DNA of 64,000 nucleotides from Dehalococcoidia bacterium (GTDB taxonomy: Bacteria; Chloroflexota; Dehalococcoidia; SZUA-161; SpSt-899), in contig JBGLNL010000001.1 of NCBI GenBank assembly GCA_041300025.1, positions 683,888 through 747,887 on the forward strand, read 5' to 3'. Both the position numbers and the translations under genes were made by a program. Shown piece by piece: positions 9,876 to 17,735 of the stretch (position 1 is its first letter; every line of letters starts with the position of its first letter). The notes below the pieces were generated by a model. That model did not search any database. It had not been told where the DNA came from and saw only the letters and a program-made list of their open reading frames with translations.

Positions 9876-9919
9876 ACCGATGAACAGGGCATGCTTAGTC
9901 GCATGCCCTGTTCATCGGT
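9876..9919. other. Perfect 19-bp-stem hairpin
   Basis: accgatgaacagggcatgc-ttagtc-gcatgccctgttcatcggt. It lies 15 nt downstream of the minus-strand ice-binding-like gene and about 280 nt upstream of the IS110 remnant ATG. There is no clean U-tract. Confidence 0.6.
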
Positions 9920-9933
9920 GATATAGCAACGTA

Positions 9934-10749
9934 TTATCTTAGCTGTGAGCGATCTCTTTTCTTCCAAACCAACATGAACCCGCCAAGCGCAACCAGTCCC
10001 AATTCCATCAGAACAAAAGTGGAGACTTCCGGAACGGGAGGAATGGGCTCGCCGTCGTCGCACACGGAGACGGTGTTGGTATCCATCGTCACTGCACCAT
10101 TTCGCGCCAAGGCTCTACCGTACAGGCTTGCGCCAGTATTCAGGGTGATGCTCTCGCTCGCGAGAATATTTCCTACGAACGCTGTACCTGTACCGATAGT
10201 GGCGGAGCTGCCAACTTGCCAGAACACGTTGCAGTCTGCGTCGCCATTGATGATGACAACAGACGAGTTGCTGGCAGTCGTGAGAGTGCTCCCTATCTGA
10301 AAAATAAACACCGAATCGGGGTTGCTTTCAGCATTGAGCGTAAGTGTACCTGTCAATTGAGCCGAAGACGAAAAGAAATAGACGCCTGACACGAGTTTCA
10401 TGCCACCCAGATCCTGGCCAGTCAAGTCAACATCGTACGATTGACCAGCTAGAGAATTGTATGCGGTGGTGACATCACTCTGAGCCTGAAGCGCGACCGC
10501 ATCAGCTGCGTGTTTTGTTCCGGTGCAGGTCCCCGGGGGAAAACCAGTGATCGCAGTACCTGGCGAGACACCCAGATCTCCGTTGACAACGGTCGAGCCG
10601 GTATTGGTCACCGTCGAGCCACCCAGGACCCCGAAGCTCTGCGCCGTACCCAGTGATGGCGCTTGGCCCGCAACAGCGGGAAGAGCAAGGGTGAGGGATA
10701 GGATTGTCACCATTGCCAGGACCGCTGCTAGTGTTTTCATTTTCATCAT
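9934..10749 (-). CDS. DUF3494 ice-binding-like secreted protein with a PEP-CTERM-like C-terminal anchor
   Basis: Signal peptide MMKMKTLAAVLAMV..AVAG. SFGVLGGSTVTNTGSTVVNGDLGVSPGTAITGFPPG is the DUF3494 signature. The tail is PVPEVSTFVLMELGLVALGGFMLVWKKRDR. Start set at ATG 10749 after GGAGGAAC. Confidence 0.8.
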   Translation of the reverse strand: MMKMKTLAAVLAMVTILSLTLALPAVAGQAPSLGTAQSFGVLGGSTVTNTGSTVVNGDLGVSPGTAITGFPPGTCTGTKHAADAVALQAQSDVTTAYNSLAGQSYDVDLTGQDLGGMKLVSGVYFFSSSAQLTGTLTLNAESNPDSVFIFQIGSTLTTASNSSVVIINGDADCNVFWQVGSSATIGTGTAFVGNILASESITLNTGASLYGRALARNGAVTMDTNTVSVCDDGEPIPPVPEVSTFVLMELGLVALGGFMLVWKKRDRSQLR

Positions 10750-11112
10750 TCTCGTTCCTCCTTTTTGTTTATCCTGATTGCACCCGAAACCCAAAAGCCG
10801 TGTTTCCACTGCGGTCGTGGATACTAATTCCATTTAATCCTAGTATAATCCTTGCTAAATATAAGCATGCTCCTTTGTATCCGGTACCACAAACCTCGCA
10901 GGCGGGGATGGGACAGGCATAATAGTGTCGGTCGGCTAATCTAATGGGTGGTAACCAATAGTACTTGAAAAATTGATGGGGGGAATAGAATGGTAGTCAA
11001 AAGTCGCACCAAAGTGCAACTAATGGCACATGAAAGCGTACTAGTACTTACTTGCATTATTAACCGTAATATGATAGACCGTGGGTATGAGATATAAACC
11101 ACTGAAGTAAAT

Positions 11113-11358
11113 TTGGAAACCGATGATAAAAACATTTTGGAATCTTGGATTCGCTCGTCTACTACCGAGCAACGGATGAGTTTTCGCGCCAGGATTATTC
11201 TGATGGCCAGCGAAGGAATGGGAACAAACGATATTGCCAAAAATCTTGAAACACGTCCGGCCACAGTAACGAAGTGGCGGGTACGTTTTGCCAACGGGGG
11301 ATCGAGGGGGTTGATCATAGCCTCCCCTAAGCAACAAGCAGCACAGCAAGTGTTATGA
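11113..11358 (+). pseudogene. IS630-family transposase, N-terminal HTH remnant
   Basis: RARIILMASEGMGTNDIAKNLETRPATVTKWRVRFANGG matches the IS630/Tc1 HTH region. The ORF ends after about 80 aa, right against mntP. Confidence 0.6.
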
Positions 11359-11368
11359 TATAGCTTGA

Positions 11369-11911
11369 ATGAATGCTCTGGAAATAATATTCATAGCTAT
11401 CGGCTTGGCAATGGATGCATCAGCTGTATCACTTGTGGCAGCAGCATCGGGTTTTGTTAAGGATAAAAGGGCTGCCTTTCGGCTATCATTTCACTTCGGA
11501 TTGTTCCAGGGCTTAATGCCTGTTGTTGGATGGCTACTCGGGAAAAGCATCGTTGAGCACATCTCCTCTGTGGATCATTGGGTCGCTTTTGGGCTATTGA
11601 CGATAGTAGTCATCAGGATGATCCGATCCGGCATAAAGCCCTCAGCGCAAAACGTAAGGAAAGACCCTTCTCGTGGTCTGACTTTAGTTATTTTGAGTAT
11701 TGCCACAAGCATTGATGCCCTTGCAGTCGGAATAACTCTTGCTATGCTGGATGTAAATATCTGGTACCCCAGCACCATTATTGGTATTGTAACTGCCGCG
11801 CTTTGCTTATTGGCAATAAGGCTGGGAAACCAGTTAGGCATATTGTTCGGGCAGCGATTGCGGGCACTTTTCCCTTTTAAACCTTTCGGCAAAATGATAA
11901 CATACTTCTAA
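11369..11911 (+). CDS. mntP: Manganese efflux pump MntP
   Basis: IAIGLAMDASAVSL...FHFGLFQGLMPVVGWLLG (DUF204 repeats). The last ~20 aa look atypical, so the 3' end may be damaged. Confidence 0.8.
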   Translation: MNALEIIFIAIGLAMDASAVSLVAAASGFVKDKRAAFRLSFHFGLFQGLMPVVGWLLGKSIVEHISSVDHWVAFGLLTIVVIRMIRSGIKPSAQNVRKDPSRGLTLVILSIATSIDALAVGITLAMLDVNIWYPSTIIGIVTAALCLLAIRLGNQLGILFGQRLRALFPFKPFGKMITYF

Positions 11912-12047
11912 AGCCAATCATCAGCGGCACCGGGGATAATCCATCAAAATAGGTTTATGTCAAGTACGGAGTGCCGCTCCGGTGACTTCACCTCCCGCCA
12001 TTTCAATGTTAAAGTTATACCAGCAATTACTCGAAAGGGGGACAAAA

Positions 12048-12698
12048 ATGGAAGATTCTCTAAAAGGCTTTATTCAGCGCGATAAGGAAACATTTGCCAT
12101 CGTACCCAGAACACCTCTAGGTGTGGTGACACCGGATATTCTGGAAAATATAGCCAGAGTGGCTCGCAAGTATAAAATCCCGGTCATCAAAATCACCTCG
12201 GCTCAGCGCATGGCGCTGGTGGGCGTAAAACCGGAAATTCTCGATCAGGTGTGGGAAGACCTTGGGATGGATAAGGCACCGGCGGTCGGGCTGTGCGTCC
12301 ATTACGTCCAGGCCTGTCCGGGTAATGCCCTTTGCAAATATGGCATTCAGGATTCGCTGGGATTGGGAAAGAAACTGGAGGAACTCCTCGTCGGGCTGGA
12401 ACTTCCCGCTAAAGCTAAAATCGGTATCTCAGGCTGCCCGATCAGTTGTGGCGAAAGCCATGTTCGCGACTTCGGTGCCTTCGGGAAGAAGGGGGGATGG
12501 ACGGTAGTTTTCGGGGGCAACTCCGGGAGCAGACCGCGCATAGGCGATGTGATCGCCACCGACTTGACTGACTCCGAGGTAATTGAACTGGCTAAAAAAT
12601 GCTTTGCCTACTACAAAAGCAACGCTAAGGGAAAAGAGAGAACGGCCCGCTTCATTGAACGTATCGGTATCGATGAATTCAAGAAAGCCGTTTTATAA
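12048..12698 (+). CDS. Small nitrite/sulfite-reductase-like siroheme [4Fe-4S] protein
   Basis: Cluster-binding motifs CPGNALC (Cx5C) and CPISCGES (Cx3C). About 216 aa, single module. ATG 12048 follows GAAAGGGGG. Confidence 0.7.
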   Translation: MEDSLKGFIQRDKETFAIVPRTPLGVVTPDILENIARVARKYKIPVIKITSAQRMALVGVKPEILDQVWEDLGMDKAPAVGLCVHYVQACPGNALCKYGIQDSLGLGKKLEELLVGLELPAKAKIGISGCPISCGESHVRDFGAFGKKGGWTVVFGGNSGSRPRIGDVIATDLTDSEVIELAKKCFAYYKSNAKGKERTARFIERIGIDEFKKAVL

Positions 12699-12722
12699 AA
12701 GCGGTCTGAAAAAAGTTTGTTG

Positions 12723-12863
12723 GGGAACCTTAGGATCAACCCCCTGTAGAGGTTGTCCGAAAATATCAAAAAAAGTGTGATTCTGAGGAATTTATGACGA
12801 AGAATCTCCGAGGATCAGCTTCAAAAAAGATTCTTCACTGTGTTCATAAATGACATACCTGGG
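12723..12863. repeat. Chimeric MITE-like repeat, copy A
   Basis: ggaaccttagGATCAACCCCCTGTAgagg end box followed by a ~105-bp imperfect palindrome (gtgattctgagg...tgttcataaatgac). See copy B at 20289-20430. Confidence 0.7.
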
Positions 12864-12944
12864 AGTTCGGCGCTGTTTCTGGCCTCGGACGCTTCCGCTT
12901 ACATTACCGGGATGGTCATCCCTTCCGACGGGGGACCACAGTAA
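12864..12944 (+). pseudogene. Short-chain dehydrogenase/reductase, C-terminal ~26-aa remnant
   Basis: The frame reads SSALFLASDASAYITGMVIPSDGGPQ*, the canonical SDR C-terminus. It starts exactly at the end of repeat copy A. Confidence 0.5.
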
Positions 12945-13098
12945 GGGCAGGTTTCAAACTTGCCCACAGATAGACTCAACGTATCCTTGCCAGCTTGGCC
13001 CGCTTATCTGCGCGTCATCCAAAGCCACCGACGTTTACATTTTCTAAAACGCCTCTGGCGTGCGGGCAATCCCGGATTTACGATTTTGCGAAGTTCGT

Positions 13099-14322
13099 CT
13101 AATCTAAAAGCTTTCTCAGTTCATTGAGGGCATTCATCGCCGCATAACGTTTGATCAGTCGGCGATGCTGGGGGAAACCGGTGCGAATTGACTTCGTGGT
13201 CTGCCCATCGCTAACCCCAACGTAAACAGTGCCGACCGGCTTTCCTTCAAGTTCATCCGGGCCTGCCACGCCGGTAGTTCCCAACCCCACATCAGCGCCC
13301 AAACGGATTCTCGCGGCAGCAGCCATAGCTTCAGAAACCTCAGCGCTCACTGCTCCGTATTCAGCGATAAGAGCCGCATCCACTCCGAATTCGATCTTCA
13401 TCTCGTTGGAATAGGCTACCAGCCCGCCCTTAAAGTAATCGGAACTGCCCGGCACATCGGTGATGAGATCGGCCACCAGCCCGCCGGTGCACGATTCCAT
13501 CACAGCCAGCGTCATTCCTTTCTTGCGAAGCAAATCGCCGACCACCTTTTCCAGCACCTGCTCATCGATTCCCCATATTTTATCTCCGATGATGGAACGT
13601 ACCTGTGTTTCGAGAGGAGCGATCATCCCTTCCGCTTCCTGTTGAGTCGGGGCCTTGGCCGTCAGGCGAAGTTCGATACCGGTTTGTTTAGCATAAATCC
13701 CGATGGAAGGATTCCGGGAAGAAAGCAAATGGCTGAGGAGTTGATCCACATTAGCCTCTCCCATTCCCAGAATTTTAAGTGTTCGGGAGACAATTATCGC
13801 CGTGTCCAGCGTGCAGCGCAGTTCACCCCTGATCTCACCCTCCCACATCTGCATCATCTCCCACGGCGGGCCGGGCATGGCCAGCAGAGTTTTCCCTGCC
13901 TTTGAAACCCACCATCCGGGCGCGGTTCCCCTTGAGTTGTGGATCGCTTTGGCTGAAGGAACCAGCATGCATTGCTTGAGGTTGTTTTCCGGCATGTGAT
14001 ATCCGATGGTAGCGAATTTCCCCATCAGCCACTTTTCCAGATTTGGATCGATGGTCATCTCCTCGCCGAGCATTTCGGCAATGGATTCGCGGGTTATGTC
14101 ATCCTCTGTGGGGCCAAGACCCCCGGTGATGATTATCAGGTCAGAGCGGTTCCACGCTTGACGGAGAATTTCGGTTATTCTGCCCTGGTTATCACCCACC
14201 TGAGTGACCCAGTAAAGGTCAACTCCAAGCGATGGTAATTGCCCGGCAAGATAAGCGGCATTGGTATCGGTGATTTCCCCGAGAATGATCTCGGTGCCGA
14301 TGGAGATGATTTCAGCTTTCAC
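13099..14322 (-). CDS. cinA: CinA family protein (COG1058 domain plus PncC NMN-deamidase domain)
   Basis: MKAEIISIGTEIILGEITDTNAAYLA... N-terminus and a C-terminal ESCTGGL motif. Confidence 0.9.
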   Translation of the reverse strand: MKAEIISIGTEIILGEITDTNAAYLAGQLPSLGVDLYWVTQVGDNQGRITEILRQAWNRSDLIIITGGLGPTEDDITRESIAEMLGEEMTIDPNLEKWLMGKFATIGYHMPENNLKQCMLVPSAKAIHNSRGTAPGWWVSKAGKTLLAMPGPPWEMMQMWEGEIRGELRCTLDTAIIVSRTLKILGMGEANVDQLLSHLLSSRNPSIGIYAKQTGIELRLTAKAPTQQEAEGMIAPLETQVRSIIGDKIWGIDEQVLEKVVGDLLRKKGMTLAVMESCTGGLVADLITDVPGSSDYFKGGLVAYSNEMKIEFGVDAALIAEYGAVSAEVSEAMAAAARIRLGADVGLGTTGVAGPDELEGKPVGTVYVGVSDGQTTKSIRTGFPQHRRLIKRYAAMNALNELRKLLD

Positions 14323-14326
14323 TTCA

Positions 14327-15352
14327 CTATTCTTCGGATTCCTTTTCGATCAGATTGCCCCCATAGATATCCCAATTACCGTTGCGTTTATCCATCCAGA
14401 TGATAGTTTCCCCACTAATGGCCGGGGACATCTGCTCTGCAGGGTTACTGCAAATGCAAAACTCGTATTTGCAACCGATTTCATAAGCATAAATGTTCAG
14501 GCTGCTATCCCGACCGTCTCTCCAGACAACCAGATTCCCATCAACATCAGGGGTAATTTGCTCGGATTTGTGTGTACAAATGGGGAATTCTTCGCCGATT
14601 TCCAGATCGTATCCGTAAATATCGGCATTCTCTTCACGTTCATCAACCCATACCAGAGTGCTTCCGCACAGCGCCGGATCATACTGATCTTTCAAATCTT
14701 CGGTAACGCGGAACTCGCTATTAGAGAGTAAATTGTATCCATATATATCGAGATTACTCTTTCGCCCATCCACCCACACTATGTTGCTGCGGCTGACATC
14801 AGGTGAAGTCTGACCGGCCCGGTCGGTGCATACCGCGAACTCGATACGGGAATCAAGGTCAAAACCATAGATATCCGCATTCCCATTGCGCTCATCAACC
14901 CATACGACCGTATTAGCATCTATGGCAGGGGAAGTCTGGGTCCCGGGATCGGTGCAGATGGCAAATTCTTCCTGGCTTGCAAAGTTATAACCATAAATAT
15001 CCCAGTTGCCGTTGCGATTATCGGACCAAACAACTACATTGCCGCTGATAACCGGGTCATTCGCTCTCGCCAGTGCGAAACCGATATTAAAGGGGGCGCT
15101 GCTTTCAATATCATATCCATATACCACCCAATCCGCATTTCGATCATCCACCCAGACTGCAATGCCATTATCGAGCACCGGATGCCGCTGCCAGGCATTA
15201 TTGGTAATAACGCTGAATTCCTCTATTTCGTAATTCTCATCCGAATCACTGCCACAATAACGCACCGCAAAACAAATAGCCACAATAATTGCGGCCAGAA
15301 AAAGGAGAACGGCCACTCTCTTAGCTTTCATACCTCGCCCCTTTGAAGTCAT
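14327..15352 (-). CDS. Membrane-anchored beta-propeller repeat protein (7 x ~45-aa blades)
   Basis: N-terminal TM helix, then seven repeats of the form (V/I)VW.D.R.GN.DIYGY.L....F.(I/V)(C/T). This resembles the archaeal-surface-protein beta-propeller repeat class. Confidence 0.7.
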   Translation of the reverse strand: MTSKGRGMKAKRVAVLLFLAAIIVAICFAVRYCGSDSDENYEIEEFSVITNNAWQRHPVLDNGIAVWVDDRNADWVVYGYDIESSAPFNIGFALARANDPVISGNVVVWSDNRNGNWDIYGYNFASQEEFAICTDPGTQTSPAIDANTVVWVDERNGNADIYGFDLDSRIEFAVCTDRAGQTSPDVSRSNIVWVDGRKSNLDIYGYNLLSNSEFRVTEDLKDQYDPALCGSTLVWVDEREENADIYGYDLEIGEEFPICTHKSEQITPDVDGNLVVWRDGRDSSLNIYAYEIGCKYEFCICSNPAEQMSPAISGETIIWMDKRNGNWDIYGGNLIEKESEE

Positions 15353-16131
15353 TTCCCGAGCATCGAGAGGGCTATTTCCGCTGCCCGCTTACCGGAGAGG
15401 AACATGCCGCCAAAGGTCGGCCCCATGCGAGGCACCCCGTATACAGTGCCAACCGCCATGCCCATGACGATAAGCCCGGGATAGACTTCCTTTGTTTGCT
15501 CTACTATAGCATCTTCAGACTTTTCAATCCATAGTGCTCCCTCGCCGACCGTTTTAATCAATCCCCGCTGTTCCAGTTTTTTGGCTACCGAGGCATCATG
15601 TCCGGTGGCATCGATAACGATTTTACACTCCAGGGGAACCGGATCGAGAACAGCAATTTCTCTAGGAAGATGCACGATAGGACTCCAGTTTATCACGATC
15701 CCGGCAACGCGGTTTTCCTCACGCAGTACCACGTCCTCCAGAAGGGTCAGGTTCATAATTTTAACTCCGGCCTTGCAGGCGGCAGCAATCATAGCCGCGC
15801 AGGCATGAGGGGCATCAGCTACAAAAAGGCCTTCCTGAACTTCTTCGTAAGGGACCCCGATCTCATCCATGACTTCCTGGGCCGGGGCCCGGAAGGTGAA
15901 TTTATTCATGAAATATCCCCCTATCCAGAAACCACCTCCGAGGTAATTGTTACGTTCTACGATCACCACCTTCAGCCCGTTTTCGGCCAGCTTTTTGGCG
16001 GCCACCAGACCGCTGGGACCGCCCCCGACAATAATCACGTCGCTCTCCACATATTCATCGAACTCTCTGGTAAAGCTCCGGATTATGGCACGAGTAATAT
16101 CTTTTTCGCGTACCGGATGAAATATCGGCAT
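15349..16131 (-). CDS. thi4: Thi4-type thiazole synthase (ADP-thiazole synthase)
   Basis: VIIVGGGPSGLVAAKKLAENGLKVVIVERNNYLGGGFWIGG is the Thi4 family signature. ATGA overlap with the downstream gene. Confidence 0.9.
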   Translation of the reverse strand: MPIFHPVREKDITRAIIRSFTREFDEYVESDVIIVGGGPSGLVAAKKLAENGLKVVIVERNNYLGGGFWIGGYFMNKFTFRAPAQEVMDEIGVPYEEVQEGLFVADAPHACAAMIAAACKAGVKIMNLTLLEDVVLREENRVAGIVINWSPIVHLPREIAVLDPVPLECKIVIDATGHDASVAKKLEQRGLIKTVGEGALWIEKSEDAIVEQTKEVYPGLIVMGMAVGTVYGVPRMGPTFGGMFLSGKRAAEIALSMLGK

Positions 16132-16147
16132 GGCTAAATTCTCCTTA

Positions 16148-17443
16148 TCAGCATTCTTTCCGGCGAATGCCGAGGTATTCGCTCACGATTTCCATAGCAC
16201 AGAAATTGCCGCACATGGTACAACCAGTTCCCCTTGTCGGCTGGCGATTTCGAATTTCAGAAGCTTTCCTTGGGTCCAGCGCAAGTCTGAGCTGGCTATC
16301 CCAGTCCAGATTTTTTCTGGCCACAGACATTTGCAAATCCCACTTCCACGCGCTTTCAACTCCCTTAACAATATCACCTGCATGGGCAGCAATACGGGAG
16401 GCAATCACCCCCTCCCGTACCTCGTCGGGATTAGGAAGCCCAAGGTGTTCCGAGGGAGTAACATAACAAAGAAAATCAACCCCGGCTGCTGCCGCTACTG
16501 CGCCTCCGATGGCAGAGGTGATGTGATCATATCCGGCAGCTACATCCGTCACCAGCGGGCCCAATACATAGAAAGGGGCTCCCTTGCAGGTACGTTTCTG
16601 GATTTGCACGTTGGCGGCTATCTGATCCAGAGGCACATGTCCCGGCCCTTCCACCATCACCTGCACTCCGGCATTGCGGGCCCGATCCACCAGTTCGCCG
16701 AGGGTTAATAATTCCTCGAACTGAGCCCGATCCGAGGCATCGGCCAGACTGCCGGGACGAAGTCCGTCACCGAGACTCAGAGTTACATCGTATTTCAGAG
16801 CAATCTCCAGCAGACGGTCGTATTGCTCATACAACGGATTTTCACGTTCGTTATGAAGTATCCATCCGATGAGGAACGACCCGCCGCGTGATACCACGTC
16901 AGTCACCCGGGGACTGGCCTTCAATCTTTCGATAGCTCTCCGGGTCACTCCGCAATGAACGGTGAGGAAATCCACTCCATCGCGCGCATGATTTTCGATA
17001 GCGGCAAAAATGTCATCGGCAGTCATCTTTACGATGGCTCCGTACGATTCGATGGCGGCGATCCCTGCTTCATAGATGGGAACCGTTCCCAGTGGAACCG
17101 GGCATTTTTGCAGGATGGCCCGACGGATAGCCGGAATATCACCCCCGGTGCTAAGGTCCATAACCGTGTCGGCCCTGGCATCGAGAGCAGCCTGAAGCTT
17201 GGCCAGCTCCACTTCAACATTGCTCGCATCAGATGACGTGCCCATGTTGGCATTCACTTTGGTAAGAAGCCCTTTGCCGATGCCGCACGGCTTGAGTCCA
17301 TGGTGATTGATATTGGCCGGAATAACCACAAACCCATCTGCCACTCTTTGACGAACAATTTCGGGGTCGAGATTTTCTTTTTGGGCCACCGTTTTCATCT
17401 GTGGGGATATGGTTCCGCTTCTGGCCGTTTCAAGTTGAGTCAT
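16148..17443 (-). CDS. thiC: Phosphomethylpyrimidine synthase
   Basis: 431 aa; ...[11 protein letters not shown]... and the C-terminal CTMCGNFCA cluster motif. Confidence 0.95.
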   Translation of the reverse strand: MTQLETARSGTISPQMKTVAQKENLDPEIVRQRVADGFVVIPANINHHGLKPCGIGKGLLTKVNANMGTSSDASNVEVELAKLQAALDARADTVMDLSTGGDIPAIRRAILQKCPVPLGTVPIYEAGIAAIESYGAIVKMTADDIFAAIENHARDGVDFLTVHCGVTRRAIERLKASPRVTDVVSRGGSFLIGWILHNERENPLYEQYDRLLEIALKYDVTLSLGDGLRPGSLADASDRAQFEELLTLGELVDRARNAGVQVMVEGPGHVPLDQIAANVQIQKRTCKGAPFYVLGPLVTDVAAGYDHITSAIGGAVAAAAGVDFLCYVTPSEHLGLPNPDEVREGVIASRIAAHAGDIVKGVESAWKWDLQMSVARKNLDWDSQLRLALDPRKASEIRNRQPTRGTGCTMCGNFCAMEIVSEYLGIRRKEC

Positions 17444-17462
17444 TATTTATCTCCCAAACAAT

Positions 17463-17593
17463 AAAAAAGACCAGGCGCATAGGTTATGGCTTCCTGATCT
17501 TTTGTTCACCGCTTCCCTACGCTCGCGTTATCGAGGTCAGGTTCAAAGAGTTCTCCGATAAAACCGGAGTCTCAGCTTTGAGCACCTCCAGCG
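17463..17593 (-). promoter_or_regulatory. TPP (THI-box) riboswitch with an intrinsic-terminator expression platform
   Basis: The minus strand reads cgcuGGAGGUGCucaaagCUGAGAcuccgg...ACUCUUUGAACCUGACCUCGAUAACGCGAGCGUAGGGAagcg. It is followed by GAUCAGG-17nt-CCUGGUC UUUUUU, 20 nt before the thiC ATG. Confidence 0.85.
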
Positions 17594-17620
17594 GGTTTGG
17601 TCTAATTAAGTTGTGCTTCA

Positions 17621-17649
17621 ATTATAGAACAATGGGATGGGGGTTGCAA
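17621..17649 (-). promoter_or_regulatory. Sigma70-type promoter for the riboswitch-thiC operon
   Basis: Minus strand TTGCAA-17 nt-TATAAT, about 25 nt upstream of the riboswitch P1. Confidence 0.6.
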
Positions 17650-17651
17650 AC

Positions 17652-17690
17652 TAAAAAGCCTCGGCTGGTTGCACTGGCCGAGGCTTTCTT
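17652..17690 (-). terminator. Intrinsic (bidirectional) terminator after the acidic lipoprotein gene
   Basis: aaagcctcggc-11nt-gccgaggcttt, with a U-run on the minus strand and a weaker one on the plus strand. Confidence 0.6.
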
Positions 17691-17735
17691 CTGTGAAGGC
17701 ATTTCCCCTTTTACAAACTGTTTCTAAGGAAAATC

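Noticed and set aside
10941-11349. Two overlapping minus-strand ORFs (125 and 102 aa)
   Set aside because: They are antisense to the IS630 HTH remnant and the AT-rich spacer. No motifs.
14327-15352. Periodic ~135-nt DNA repeats, considered as a tandem-repeat or CRISPR-like array
   Set aside because: The periodicity is in frame and corresponds to seven propeller blades of one protein. There is no repeat/spacer architecture.
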